Shown: positions 1 to 14,291, counted from the stretch's first letter. The stretch: 64,000 nt of DNA from Narcine bancroftii (GCF_036971445.1 NC_091478.1:63302001-63366000); one strand, 5' to 3'. The notes: generated by a model not told the origin, from the letters alone. Made by a program: numbers and translations.

Positions 1-1325
1 GGATGAAAAATTGGTACAATGTAGGAATTCTCCAGTATTACATCATCTGCTCAATATTTGGAAGAAGATTTATGTAGAAAGGAATAAAACAAATTACCAA
101 CTATCAAAACTAGTACTGATGCAAAATCAGCTAATCCCTTTTACAATAGATAAACTTTCCTTTAGAGAATGGGAGAAAAAAGGGATCAAAAGAATAGAAA
201 ATAGTTTTTCGGGAAATAAATTATTATCCTTTGAATAAATGAAGGATAAATATAATATAACTCACGATACAGTGTTGGCATACTACCAACTGAAATCCTA
301 CTTGAAGGACAAATTGGGAAGCAGTCTGAGGTTACCAGAGGGAAGTAATTTTGAATATGTGATTACAGACACAATGATAATCAAAACATTTGTAACAAAC
401 ATGTATATTAAACTACAAGAAAAGGAGAATGAGGAAACAAATGGTAAAACTAAACAAAAATGGGAACAAGATCTAAACATAAAGATAAAGAAGGAAATAT
501 GGGAGAAGTTATGCTCAGGAACTATGAGAAATACAATAAATACCAGGTTATGTATGATATAATATAACTGGATACACAGGCTATACATCACACCTCAAAA
601 GTTAAATAAATGGGACCCTACAGTATCAGACAAATGTTTTCGCTGTAAAAAGGAAACGGGAACAATAATTCATACAATATGGACATATGAGAAAGTGAAA
701 AAATTTTGGGAAGATCTAAACCAGATATTAAATAAAATCACAAAAAGCAATATACCAAAAAACCCAGAGATCTTCCTCCTAAGTAACATAAAAAAACAAA
801 GAATTTGGACTTGATTTGGATGGTGCACAAAATAGATTTGTTATGATAGCCCTAGCTGTAGCAAAAAAATGTATTATGTCAGCCTGGAAACTAGAAGATA
901 ACTTGAGAATACAACAATGGTACATAGAAATGAATAAATGTATTCCATTAGAAAAAATAACATATAATTTAAGAAATAATATTACAATATTTGAACAAAT
1001 ATGGGAGCCATACATGAAACATAATAGAGAAAACCTACCGGGGACATCTACCACCTAAAATGACAGAAGGAAAAGAGAATGAAAAGAACTGACTCAATGG
1101 AATTTCTTGTTTATTTAAATTGAGTGACAACATTGTTTGACGGGTTTAATGTCTCTTAGATTCTGAACTTTAAATGAATGGGAGGGGAGGTAGGGAGGGT
1201 GGGAGGGGAAGAGGGAGGTGGGGGGGGGAGAAAATGACACTGTATATATTTGAAAAGGAAAATGTATGTATCTTGATCAATGTGGTTTATAGTGTGAAAA
1301 ATAAAAAAATTTAGAAAAAAGAAGA
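1..1325 (+). mobile_element. L1 LINE 3' end (ORF2 C-terminus with in-frame stops, 3'UTR, A-rich tail)
   Basis: ORFs 11..238, 239..562 and 816..1058 give L1 ORF2 C-terminal sequence (CFRCKKE..H zinc-knuckle region). G-rich 3'UTR and AATAAA/A-tail at about 1300-1320. Same family as the copy at 3004-11695. Confidence 0.9.
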
Positions 1326-1334
1326 GAGAAGGGA

Positions 1335-2010
1335 TGACCACTGCTATGTAAACTTTCATCTTGTGGAGATGTGGACATTGTGTTGATTGAGCACTCCAGT
1401 ACACAGCCACCCCAGAGCCTGGCTAGCCTTTCGAATCCTGGAGACAATTTCTTTGTCCAAAGACCCATCATTCGAGTTGAACCCAAGTATTTGAAGCTTT
1501 TTACATTGGTCAGCTGAGTGTCATCTGCAGTCATTTTTGGTTCTATGATGTTGGGGTTTGGCACGGACTGAAGGAGTACTTCAGACTTGTTCAAGTTGAT
1601 GGTCAGGCGAAAGAGCATAGCAGCATCTGAGAATTTGTTCAGTATTAACTGCAGATCTCTGTCTTTGTATGCAGAGTGTACAGTCATCAGCAAAATGTGT
1701 TTCTTGAATGATAATATAGATGTGCTTTGTCCATGCGGTCAAGTGGCGAAGGTCAAAGAGAGAGCTGTCCAGTTGGTACCTGATGTACACTCCCTCCTCC
1801 AGACCTTGGACACCACATGACAACAAGTAAGTGAAGAACAGATTGAATAAGACTGTGGCTAGTACACAGCCATGCTTCACCCCATTAGAAATGGTAAATA
1901 GAGCTGATGTATCACCAAGGCAGACGACCTGTCCTATCATTCCATTGGGAGCAGATGAATTATCTTTATGAATTTCCTTGGGCATCCATAATGTCTCAGA
2001 ATGACTCAGA
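1335..2010 (-). mobile_element. RTE-clade LINE reverse transcriptase fragment (degenerate)
   Basis: Minus ORFs contain SNGVKHGCVLATVLFNLFF, FADDC and FKYLGS motifs typical of RTE RT. Confidence 0.8.
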
Positions 2011-2519
2011 GAGCCTCTCTGTTTAGGTAGTGGAGTATATCATGACTAAGTTGTGGAACAAATAACAGCAGAATCTCAGCCTTAAGGGTGCAGGAAACAA
2101 AAGATGGAGCAAAAAATGAAATTTAAATGATTTCTATGTTAAAACAACATCCAGAAGAATGAAAGGACTTTTATCTCAAGTATGAATAAATGAAGCATTT
2201 GGCAACTATCGAGCTTAACAATTTTGCCTCAACTCGAGATGATTCTCTGCAAAGTCCACTTTCAGGCTTGGCTTTCAGACTCTTTGATTCTTTTCATGTC
2301 CACAGACCTTACAATTTCAGTATCGAATATACTACTAGTATAATCTGATGAGGGTTCATAAATATCCCAGCAAGAGGTTTCTCCCCATCTGCAATTTGGA
2401 GAGAAGACCACTGTCCCAATTATAATCCCACTTTTTGCTGGAGGAAAGAGTCACGTATTACATTTCCTGGGGATGTATGTCAGAAACACAATGACCTCAG
2501 AGAAATTATCTTTTTTTTA

Positions 2520-2915
2520 ACTAAAACACCAAAATGCTGGAGCAACTTATTAGGTCTCCCAGCATCCATAAGTGGAAAAGATATACAGTCAAAGCTTTGA
2601 GCCTGAGCCATTCGCCAATGGATGAGGAAAGTGCAGGCAGGCATTTAAATAAAAGGGCAACAGTCCAACAAGCAGAAGGACATGGACAGGACAATAGGAG
2701 AGCAAATATGAGAATTTATTGGGACAAATTTGTTGGAGTGTGGCTATGTGGAGGAAAGGAGACAGATGAAAAGGCAGGTAAAGAGAATGAGAGAAAGAAA
2801 GAAAGATATAAGGATAGGGAATGAGAGGGATGGTGGGGAACAAACGGGATGTGAAGAAATTGATGTTAATCCCATCTGGTTAGAAGGTGCACAGATGTAA
2901 TATGAGGTGGTGATG
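2520..2915 (-). mobile_element. Penelope-like element 3' remnant (GIY-YIG C-terminus plus pLTR-like tail)
   Basis: Reverse complement of about 2856-2910 reads HLILHLCTF*PDGININF, resembling the PLE C-terminal HLIFRLGxLQPxGxNIxF motif. Confidence 0.55.
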
Positions 2916-4046
2916 ACGTTAATGAACATGGAATAATGGCCATTAATGAAGATTGCTTGCAGGAGGGCAGGACTGGGAGCTCAATGTTCTGGTCTTCTGT
3001 TGCTTTTTTTTTAAATTTTTTATTTTTCACACCATTAATCACATTAACCATGATACACATTTTTTCCTTTACACACATATACAATGTCATTTTCTCCCCC
3101 ACCCCTCCTCCCCTCCCACCCTCCCCACCTCCCCCCTCCCGTCAATTTAAGGTATAAAATCTAGGATACATTAAACCAGTCAGACAATGTTGTCATTCAA
3201 TAAAAACACACCAGAAATTCCACTGAGTCCATTCTTTTCATTTCCTTTTCCTTCCGTTAACTTAGGTAATGATTGTCCCCGGTAGATTTTCGCTATTGTG
3301 TTTAATATAAGGCTCCCATATTTGTTTGAATATTTCAATATTATTTCTTAAACTATATGTTATTTTTTCTAATGGAATACATTTATTCATTTCTATATAC
3401 CATTGTTGTATTTTCAAATTATCTTCCAATTTCCAAGTTGACATAATACATTTTTTTGCTACGGCTAGAGCTATCTTAACAAATCTTTTTTGTGCATCCT
3501 CCAAATCAATTCCAAATTCTTTGTTTTTTATGTTACTTAGGAGAAAGATCTCTGGATTCTTTGGTATATTGTTTTGTTATTTTATTTAATATCTGATTGA
3601 GATCTTCGCAAAATTTTTCTACTTTTTCACATGTCCAGATTGCATGAATTGTTGTTCCCATTTCTTTTTTACATCGAAAACATCTATCAGATACTGTTGG
3701 GTCCCATTTATTTAACTTTTGAGATGTAATGTATAGCCTGTGTAACCAGTTATATTGTATCATACGTAACCTCGTATTTATTGTATTTCTCATCGTTCCA
3801 GAGCATAACTTCTCCCATGTTTCCTTTTTTATCTTTATATTTAAATCCTGTTCCCATTTTTGTATCGTTTTACCATTTGTTTCCTCATTCTCCTTTTCTT
3901 GCAGTTTAATATACATATTTGTTATAAATCTTTTGATTATCATTGAATCTGTAATCACGTATTCAAAGTTCCTTCCCTCTGGCAAACTCAAACTGCTTCC
4001 TAATTTATCCTTCAAGTAGGATCTCAATTGGTAATATGCCAGTGCT

Positions 4047-4820
4047 TGTAATGGAGGATTAAAACCATGTACCCAGATGCTTTTTGCTTATGTGGAACTG
4101 ACGACACTGGGTCCACACGCAGGTCACCTTACTTTCAGAACTAGCAGATGTAATTAAACTCAGCCATGGGGACTTATCTGAAGATACACTTTGAAATGGA
4201 ATTCCACTGTGAGGCCCAGGGAAGGCAGTTGTCAAATGCAACACTCTGAAATTGACGAATTGGTCACAACCTGTCTTGCTCGAGAAGTTTTAATAAGTCT
4301 TTGTATCTACGAGATAAACCAGGAAATTATAACATCCTGGTTCCATAATAATTAATCTTCTAAATTGTAGAATGTAATGTTCAGTTTTGATTTTGGCTGA
4401 CAAATATTAGAAGGAGTAGGCGCATGATTAATTGTTTTTGGGGTATATAAGCCTGTGGTCCTGCTGCTGAAGTTTAGATTCTCCGAGGGGTGGGAACACC
4501 CCTTGTCAAGAAGGAAGAACAGCCAGAGTCCAAGCAACGTCCCGGTCGGGGGAGGTGGAGAAGCTGCTACCAGCGCCCTGACAACCTACTACAAGTGTGC
4601 AGTCGTTGCCTCGCTTAGGCAGTTGGGACCAGTCCAAGCGTTGATAAGTATAGTTGGGAAGGGCTTGCATATTGTAGTGTGAAATCAGCTTTTGAATTAG
4701 TAATAAACATTTGTATAAACTGAACTGCTCTCGGTGTATGTGTCTATTTTCTTTCGGTAGCTCAAACACTGTGACCAATCTAAAATGAACAAAATGAGAG
4801 GTATAAGTTTACCCAAGACA
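4047..4820 (+). mobile_element. Solo LTR inserted in L1 ORF2
   Basis: TG...CA termini, TATATAA at 4444, AATAAA at 4702, flanked by gTGCT/aTGCT target duplication. The L1 reading frame resumes on both sides. Confidence 0.8.
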
Positions 4821-7271
4821 ATGCTGTATCTTGAGTTATATTGTATTTATCTTTCATTTGTTCAAAGGATAATAATCTATTTCCTGAAAAACAATTTTCT
4901 ATTCTTTTAATCCCTTTTTTCTCCCATTCTCTCAAGGAAAGGTTATCTATTGTAAAAGGGAATAACTTGTTTTGTGTCAATATTAGTTTTGATAATTGAT
5001 AATTTGTTTTATTTCTTTCTACATGAATCTTCTTCCAAATATTGAGTAGATGATGTAATACTGGAGAACTTCTATGTTGTACCAATTTTTCATCCCATTT
5101 ATATAATATGTGTTCAGGTGTCTTTTCCCCTATTTTATCTAATTCTAATCTACTCCAATCTGGCTTTTCCCTTGTTTGATAAAAATCTGATAGGTATCTT
5201 AATTGTGCGGCTCTATAATAATTTTTAAAGTTTGGCAGTTGTAAGCCTCTTTGTTTATACCATTCTGTTAATTTATCTAGTGCTATCCTCGGTTTCCCCC
5301 CTTTCCATAAAAATTTCCTTATTATTTTCTTTAACTCCTTGAAGAATTTCTCTGTCAGTTGTATTGGCAATACCTGAAATAGGTATAATATCCTTGGAAA
5401 AATGTTCATTTTAATACAGTTTATCCTTCCTATTAGTGTTAATGGTAAATCTTTCCAATGCTCTAAATCATCCTGTAATTTTTTCATTAGTGGATAATAA
5501 TTGAGTTTATATAGTTGGCCGAGATTTTTGTTTATTTGAACACCTAGGTATCTTATTGCTTGCATTTGCCATCTAAATGGTGATTCTTTCTTAAATTTTG
5601 AGAAATCCGCATCATTCATAGGCATTGCTTCACTTTTATTTACGTTGATCTTGTAACCCGACACTTCTCCATATTCCTTCAATTTCTTATATAATTCTTT
5701 TATTGATAGTTCTGGTTCTGTTAAGTATACTATAACATCATCCGCAAATAAACTGATTTTATATTCCTTGTCTTTTATTTTTATCCCTTTTATATTATTT
5801 TCTGTTCTTATCAATTTTGCTAGTGGTTCTATAGCTAACGCAAACAATAAAGGTGATAGTGGGCATCCCTGTCGTGTTGACCTGCTTAAGTTAAATTGCT
5901 TTGATACATGTCCATTTACTGTCACTTTCGCTAATGGTCCCTTATATAATGCTTTAATCCAATTAATATACTTCTGCGGTAAACTGAATTTTTGCAATAC
6001 TTTGAACAAATAATTCCATTCTACTCTGTCAAAGGCCTTCTCTGCGTCTAAAGCAACTGCTACTGTTGGTGCTTTATTCCCTTCTACTGCATGAATTAAG
6101 TTAAAAAATTTACAAATATTGTCTGTTGTGCGTCTTTTTTTGATAAATCCAGTTTGGTCTAGATTTACCATTTTAGGTACATACTCTGCTAATCTGTTTG
6201 CTAATAATTTAGCTATTATCTTATAATCTGTGTTTAGTAAAGATATTGGTCTATATGACGCTGGTGTGAGTGGATCTTTCCCTTGCTTTAGTATTACTGT
6301 AATTATTGCTGTTTTACATGAATCTGGTAAGCTTTGCGTTTTATCAATCTGATTGATTACTTCCAGGAGGGGCAGAATTAATAAGTCTTTAAATGTTTTA
6401 TAGAATTCTATTGGGAATCCATCCTCTCCTGGTGTCTTATTATTTGGTAATTTTTTTATTATCTCTTGTATTTCTACTATTCCAAATGGCTCTGTTAATT
6501 TATTTTGTTCCTCTATTTGTAGTTTTGGTAGTTCAATTTTAGTTAGAAATTCATCTATTTTCCCTTCTTTCCCTTCGTTTTCAGTTCGGTATAATTGTTC
6601 ATAGAATTCTCTAAAGTTTTCCTTAATTTCTTTTGGATTATATGTAATTTGTTTGTCTTTTTTCCTTGATACCAATACCATTTTTTTAGCTTGTTCTGTC
6701 TTAAACTGCCATGCTAGGATTTTGTGCGTTTTTTCACCTAGTTAATAATATTTCTGTTTTGTCTTCATTATATTTTTCTCCACCTTATATGTTTGTAGTG
6801 TTTCATATTTTATTTTTTTATCTGCCAATTCTCTTCTTTTAGTGATATCTTCCTTCATTCCTAATTCTTTTTCTATATTTACTATTTCCCTTTCTAACTG
6901 CTCTGTTTCCTGATTATAGTCCTTCTTCATCTTGGTTACATAACTTATTATTTGCCCGCTAATGAATGCGTTGCATAGTATAAACTTATCTTCCACTGAT
7001 TCTGTATAATTTCAAAATACATTTAAATTTGTTTTTCAATAAATTCTCTAAAATCCTGCCTTTTAAGTAACATGGGGTTTAATCTCCGTCTATACATTCT
7101 TGGAGGGATGTCCTCTAACTTTACTGTCAATATTAAGGGTGAATGGTCCGATAGTATTCTAGCTTTATATTCTGTTTTTTTTACTCTATCTTGCATAAGA
7201 GCTGATAACAAAAATAGGTCTATTCTTGAGTATGTTTTATGTCTAGCCGAGTAATATGAATATTCCTTTTC

Positions 7272-9085
7272 TTTTTCTTTCTTTTTCAATCTTTTTATTA
7301 TTATTATAATTTATAAACACATACAGTTCAAAGAGATATAAAAAATACATAGTAAGTAATGAATTAATACAGAGATATTAAACAATAATATTACAGAAGA
7401 AAAATATATCATATAAAAAAAATTTTAGATCAGTTTAGGATGTGAACTATCTCTAAAAAAAAGATATAATTAATAACAATATATGAAAAAAGAGAAAAAA
7501 AAACCCCAAAAAAGAAGAAAAAACAAATCTGAATTAAAAAATCTTTAAAAAAAACCTACAGATATAGCTAAACCACGCCGATCACTCCAATCTCATCTTA
7601 CAGCCCAATTATCATACATAATCATAGAAAGAAAACAGAGCCAGATCAACTCACCACAAATGAAAATATTGAATAAATGGTCGCCAGGTTAACTCAAACT
7701 TAGAAGGGGATTCATAGACAGAGTTTCTAATTTTCTCTAAATTTAAACATAGTATAGTTTGGGTAAACCATTGGAAAACAGTGGGAGGATTAACCTCTTT
7801 CCAATTCAATAGTATAGATCTTCTAGCCATTAGTGTAAGAAAAGCAATCATACGATCCGCAGGAAGAGATAAATAAGTCAAATCTATCATAGGTAATCCA
7901 AAAATTGCAGTAATGGGATGTGGTTGTAAATCAATATTCAAAACAGTAGATATAATGGAAAAAAATTCCTTCCAATAATTCTGTAAAGAGGGACAGGACC
8001 AAAACATATGTGTAAGGGAAGCTATTTCCAATTGACATTTATCACATATAGGATCGATATGAGAATAAAAGCGGTGGAGTTTATCTTTAGACATATGAGC
8101 TCTATGAACAACTTTAAACTGTATTAGTGAATGTTTTACACATAGAGAAGAAGAGTTTACTAGTCGCAGAATTTTATTCCAATTTTCATTAGAAATATGA
8201 AGGTTGAGTTCTCTTTCCCAATCATTTTTAAACTTTTCAAAAGTCCCAGAATTTATTTTTGTAATTATATTATATAATTTAGATATCACACCTTTTGGAG
8301 GGAATTTTGAATATAGTATATCCTCTAAAACAGTCGTAGTCTCCCGATTGGGAAAAGAGGGTAAAGTCGAAACTAAGAAACTCCTAATCTGCAAATATCG
8401 AAAGAAATGAGATCGAGGTAAATCATATTTCATGGATAATTGTTCAAATGACATGAAAGAGTTATCCAAGAATAAATCCGAAAAGCATGTTATACCTTTA
8501 ACTTTCCAGAGTAAATAAGCTTGATCAATTAGAGAGGGATGAAAAAGGAAATTTAGTACAATAGGAGTTTCCAAGATAAAATGAGTTAGGCCAAAAAATC
8601 TCCGGAATTGAAACCATATACGTAGTGTATGTTTAGCCATTGGATTATCAATTTGTTTATATAATTTAGTAAGAGTAAAAGGGAGAGCAGCTCCCAAAAT
8701 AGAGCTAATTGAAAAATTTTGTATCGGTTTAATTTCTAAATTTACCCAATGGGGATTTAGAGATAATTCTGAATAATTCAACCAATACCTTAAGTAACTA
8801 ATATTAATTGCCCAGTAATAAATTCTAAAGTTGGGTAATGCCAACCCTCCCTCTAGTTTAGATTTCTGTAAATATTTTTTCCCAAATCTAGGATTCTTGT
8901 TTTGCCAGATATATGAGGACAATTTAGAATCGACCTTATCAAAAAAAGATTTAGGAACAAAAATAGGTATAGCTTGGAATATATATAAAAATTTAGGTAA
9001 GATCATCATCTTAATAGCATTAATTCGGCCTATCATGGATAGGGATAATGGTGACCAATTGGTAAGTAAACTGCCGATCAGGTCC
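7272..9085 (-). mobile_element. 5'-truncated L1 of a second family nested in the first L1
   Basis: Uninterrupted ORF2 C-terminus (ORF 7651..9120), T-rich tail at 7272, and a 13-bp TSD AATATTCCTTTTC at 7259-7271 and 9086-9098. Confidence 0.9.
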
Positions 9086-11695
9086 AATATTCCTTTTCCT
9101 TTGGGTGTTGTTTCCTCCATATATCCAAAAGTTGCATTTCTTCCATCGATTTAATTATAAATTTGTTACTTTGTTCTTTCTGTTAATTTTTTTTCCCAGT
9201 TTTGTCCATATTTGAATCCAAATTCAGGTTGAAATCCCCTCCTATTAATAAGTTCCCTTGCGTATCTGCTATCTTCAAAAAGATATCTTGCATAAACTTT
9301 TGATCTTCTTCGTTAGGTGAATATACATTGAGTAGATTCCAAAACTCCGAATATATCTGACATTTTATCGTTACATATCTCCCTGCTGGATCTATTATTT
9401 CCTCTTCTATTTTAAATGGCACATTTTTACTAATTAATATAGCTACTCCTCTTGCTTTTGAATTATACAATGCTGCTGTTACGTGTCCTACCCAATCTCT
9501 CTTTAATTTCTTATGCTCCAATTCAGTTAAATGTGTTTCTTGCACAAATGCTATATCAATTTTTTCTTTTTTCAGTAAATTTAGCAGTTTCTTCCTTTTA
9601 ATTTGGTTATGTATTCCATTAATATTTAAAGTCATATAGTTCAACGTAGCCATTTTATACTTTGTTTATCTTCCCTTTCCGTTTCTCCATCATTACCTTT
9701 CCTTCTTATCCATTTCTGTTTTCTTGTTTTGAACCCTTTATAAGACAACATTCCTAAAACATCAAACATTTTCCTTATTCTCCTATTTAAAACTTCTTTA
9801 GCCCCAATCCCCCCTTCCCCTCCTGAGTTGTCCTTTATCCCTTGTCGGACAACCACATCTCCCCTCTCCATTTGGATTTGCGAATTCACTCGCAAGCGTC
9901 AGCTGATTTTGCAGTGACCGTAACACCCCTCCACCCAGCCCACCCCAGAAAAGAATTCACTTTTCATATGTGACAAAGGTCACTCTTTTAATTCCCTCCT
10001 TATTCCCTCTATTCCTTTTCCTTCCCTTATTAATTCTTGTCTATACTATCTATATTTTCCTCTAAATACGGATACATTCATGTATGCACATTATACATAT
10101 ACACACATATACCTCTTTACCCACATACATATAAATCGTGGTCATTTTTACTCTTATTACATGTCTTCATCTCTCTGTTTGTTTTGTAGTTGTTTTGCAA
10201 ATTTCCTTGCTTCCTCTGGATCCGAGAATAGTTTTTTTTCCATAAGATTGTTTTCAATGTTTTGAACTCCTTCCCCTTCTTCAGGAGTTCAAAACTTATG
10301 TCTTTTTAGTTTGCAGTCTTTTGTACTCTCGTTACACGTCTTCATCTCTCAGTCTATTTTGTAATTGTTCTGCAAATTTTCGTGCTTCCTCTGGATCCGA
10401 GAATAGTCTGTTTTGTTGTCCTGGAATAAATATTTTCAATACCGCTGGATGCTTTAGTATAAATTTATACCCTTTCTTCCATAAAATCGCCTTTGCTGTA
10501 TTGAACTCCTTTCTCCTCTTCAGGAGTTCAAAACTTATATCTGGATAAATGAAGATTTTTTGCCCTTTGTACTCCAGTGGCTTATTGTCCTCTCTTACTT
10601 TTTCCATTGTTTTCTCCAGTACCTTTTCTCTTGTAGTATATCTTAGGAATTTTACTAAAACAGATCTTGGCTTTTGTTGTGATTGTGGTTTAAAGGCCAA
10701 TGCTCTATGTGCCCTTTCTATTTCCATTTCTTGCTGTAGTTCTGGACATCCTAGGATCCTAGGGATCCAATCTTTTATAAACTCTCTCATATTCTTGCCT
10801 TCTTCATCTTCCTTAAGGCCCACTATCTTTATGTTATTTCTTCTGTTATAATTTTCTGAGCTAACAGTTCTTGTGTCTCTTTAACTTTTTTATTAGATTC
10901 CTCTAATTTCTTTTTTAAGTCCTCTACCTCCATTTCTACTGCTGCTTCTCGTTCCTGCACCTTGTCCATTCTTTTTCCCATTTCTGATATGGTCATATCT
11001 ATTTTATTCATTTTCTCTTCTGTATTGTTTATTCTTCTTCTTAAATCATTAAATTCTTGCCATTCTTTAAATGACTCCATGTATTCTTTAATAAGAGAAA
11101 GTATATCCTTTGTCTTGCCTTTCCCTTCTTCTTCTATTTCACTGTACTCTTCCTCTTCCTCTTCTTCTTCCTCTGGGTTGGCCATCTGTTGTTTTTTTGT
11201 TGCCCTTTTCTTCTCTTCTTTCTTGTTTTCATTGTCTTCTATGTTCTCCTCTTGCTGCAGGTGTTCTGCAGCTGTCGTTGCCGGCTGTGGAGATCGACTC
11301 CCCAGCTGGTCACCCCTCCCGTCGGTGTGTTTTTTTTCATGCGCATCGCGCATGCACGACTCCTCGCGCATGCGCGGTTGCGCACTTTTACTCGGCTCAG
11401 CGAGCCATTTTTGTAGTCCACTTTCTACCAACCTGAGGGAGCGGGTTTCTCTCTCCACCGCGGGCCTCTTCGAACAGGTAAGGCCTTTTCCTTCATCTTC
11501 CGTTGTCTTCTCTTCCTCTCTTCTTACCGTTTGTTTCGACTTTTCTTTTTTCATCGCCATCTTCTTTCCACCTTTATATTCACTTTACTTTGATTTTTAT
11601 TTTTGTGCCTTTGTGTTTTGCTTTGTTTTTTTCTGACTTTTCTAGAGAGGGCTGGAGTTCACCGTCCGGCCACTACTCCATCACATGACTCCCCC

Positions 11696-12280
11696 GATAT
11701 GTTTTCTTCTTGATGCCATTAGTGTGTTGTGTCCAGGAAATATCCTCTGAGATAGTGACTTACAAGAACTTAAATTTGCTCACCCTCTCCACTTCTGATC
11801 CCTCAGTGACCACTGGATTGTACACCTCTGGCTTTCCCTTCCTGAAGACAACAATCAGCTCCTTAGTTTTGGTGACATTGAGTGCAAGGTTGTTGTTGGT
11901 GCACCATTCAGCCAAATTTTCAATCTCCATCCTGTATGCAGACTCATCCCCTTTCTTTATACAAGCCACTACAGTGGTATTGTTGGCAAATCTTTAGATG
12001 GTGTTATTGTTGTAATGAGCTGTACAGTCGAAGGTGTAAATTGAGTATAGCAGGGGGCTAAGTATACAACCCTGTGGTGCTCCGGTACTGTGATTGTGAA
12101 GGAGATGTTCTTACTGATTGTGGTCTGGAGATGAGAAAATCCATGCTCCAATTATACAGTGGGGTATTGAGTCCCAGGTCTTAGAGTTTTCTGATCAATT
12201 CTGAGGGAATTATGGTGTTAAATGCCAAACTGAAGTTGATAAAGAGCATCCTGGTGTATGTATCTTTGCTGTCCAAGGGG
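11696..12280 (-). mobile_element. Rex1/Babar-type LINE RT fragment
   Basis: Minus strand GAPQGCILSPLLYS-like motif and GDESAYRMEIENLAEWCTNNNLALNVTKTKEL (ORF 11760..11969). Confidence 0.75.
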
Positions 12281-13096
12281 TTTGTGTAGAATTGGTAAGG
12301 TGTATACAATTCTTGAAATGTATCACAATGACTTAGTCATGTAATATATCAAATCAGCTCAAATTGTGTCATTTATCAATTTCTTCAGAAAATTTGCAAT
12401 ATGTTGCCAAAAGCAGCACTTCGGCATGTGTCTCTTCTGGCTATGATTTGGCAAAGTACATTTAGTTTGCATGTATATCATGCAGAGCAAATCTTATTTT
12501 TGAATTTTCTGTGTCTGTGTTTCAATTCGGATCCATGTGAATTCTGAATAAAAGACAAAATGTAGAAAGCGTCAGTTCTCCGATTAATGTTAGATAAAAT
12601 ACAATTTTCAACGTGTAATTTTTTTTTCACTGGAAACATCAAATGGTGAAGCAACATGCAAGCAATAATCCCAGTATTTAGAACGGCCAGAAAAGTAGAA
12701 ATGCTGTTGTCAGGCCTCTTGAGGAGTGAGCTATGAGCATAAAACATCTGAAATGGTCGACCTCTTACTGATCAAAATAAAGATAAGTGAAAGGGAAGCC
12801 TGAAATTAACTAAAGGGTATGGTGTTAAACAGAGGTCTACAGATGACTGATCACAGATTCCTTTTAGGTGGAAGTATGCGCGAGATGGCTGTGAAGATTT
12901 GAATGTAGTTCTATGAGTTTTCTCAATATTTTCTGGTTGTATCTGATGTGAATAATTGCAGCAGGTTAAAGATTAGCTCTATCCTGTTATTACCAAAGGA
13001 TTGTGTTAATCAACTGGGTCACAGTTGAAGGGATTAAAAGCTTTTCACTCTGTATTTGGATCTCCCAACTTCACAGACAGGAAACTTGCAATCAGC

Positions 13097-14080
13097 TAAA
13101 ACTTTTAAAAAATATTTTATTTATAATTTTTCCAAACTCAGACAGTTCCAATAATTCACTGCACAACAAACAATCACGTTCATCAGGTATATTTACATTT
13201 CTTCTACTGAGTCTGGTTTTATCCCCCCCAACTACAAAAACAACAAAAAAAGAAAAAAAAACAACATTAACCATTTAAATAAAGAAACTTAACCTACATG
13301 AAAAAGCAAAAACATCCATGTAACATGAAAAAAAAGAGGACCAATATCAAATTAATAAAGACAAAGCTCAACACCCATCCTCCTGGTCTCCTACATTCAT
13401 TTCAACTTAGCCTGATTGGAATGGACCTCTACCCTCCCCTCCCCTGTCCACCCCTGAGAGAGGAAGGATGGGGGGGGGGCAGGTATGGTTGCCAGATTTT
13501 AAGAAAAGTTTTATTTTTTTCCTTAGATTATAAGTAACTTTATCCAAGGGAACATAGCTCTGCATTTCCATATTCCAATGCATAATGCCCAGATGACCAT
13601 CTGACTTCCAGGTAACTGCTATTTACTTCTTGGCCACCACCAAAGCAATCAACCATATTGGATTTGAAGTGTGGACAGGTTCATTGAAAACCTTATGTCC
13701 ATGATGTTTCCCAACTGGGTCCTGTGGAAACTCTTAGGATTTTCTCTAGGGCTTGGCCCAGCTCAACCCAAAAAGGGCCTCACCTTGGAGCATGACCAGG
13801 TTGAGTGCACAAAGGTTCCTGTCTCTATGCTGCATCTGAAACACTGATCTGAAATTTCTGGTTAGCTTTATTCAATTTCTGTGGTGAAGAAAGTTATACT
13901 GCACCAGTCAATATTGTGAGTTAATTATTGTGGTCATGCTATCAAGACACAGGTTCGACCAACACTTACACCTGACTCCCATCTCTGCCCTGACCTATGA
14001 AGCCCAGGTTTTTGGCCCTCTTCTTGGAACAGGGAATACATTGCAGAAAAAAAAAACTTTTTTTTGTGTTTCCTCTTAGC
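13097..14080 (-). mobile_element. Old degenerate L1-type 3' remnant
   Basis: Minus strand IALVVAKK*IAVTWKS and CFRCS..GTFVHSTWSC-like ORF2 C-terminal motifs; T-rich tail near 13100. Confidence 0.6.
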
Positions 14081-14291
14081 ATTTAGTAGGGCCATGACTG
14101 ATTAGGATAAATCTTCAAATAAACCGACCCCCCCCCCCCCCACCTATTGAAATCTATATTCGCTTGCACCATATTTGGTAATGCTCTGATGGACATTCCG
14201 TGTGTGGTTATCCGGAAACATTTCAAGCGGATTGGTGTTGGTTTTACTGAAACTCATGAACATAAATATCAACTTGAACTTGGTACGTGGA

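Larger units (their letters stand above)
3004..11695 (-). mobile_element. Near full-length L1 LINE (5'UTR, ORF1, ORF2 EN+RT), disrupted by two nested insertions and frameshifts
   Basis: ORF1 pieces 10829..11560 and 10332..10823 (IERAHR, YPDIS). APE endonuclease 9183..9653 (NINGI, QETH, GGDFN). RT 4780..6681 (QGCPLSP, FADD). C-terminus 3262..4027. Poly-T tail on + at 3004. Confidence 0.95.

Noticed and set aside
7651-9120. The 489-aa ORF as a host gene
   Set aside because: It is an L1 ORF2 C-terminus fused to a few codons of the host L1 across a TSD.
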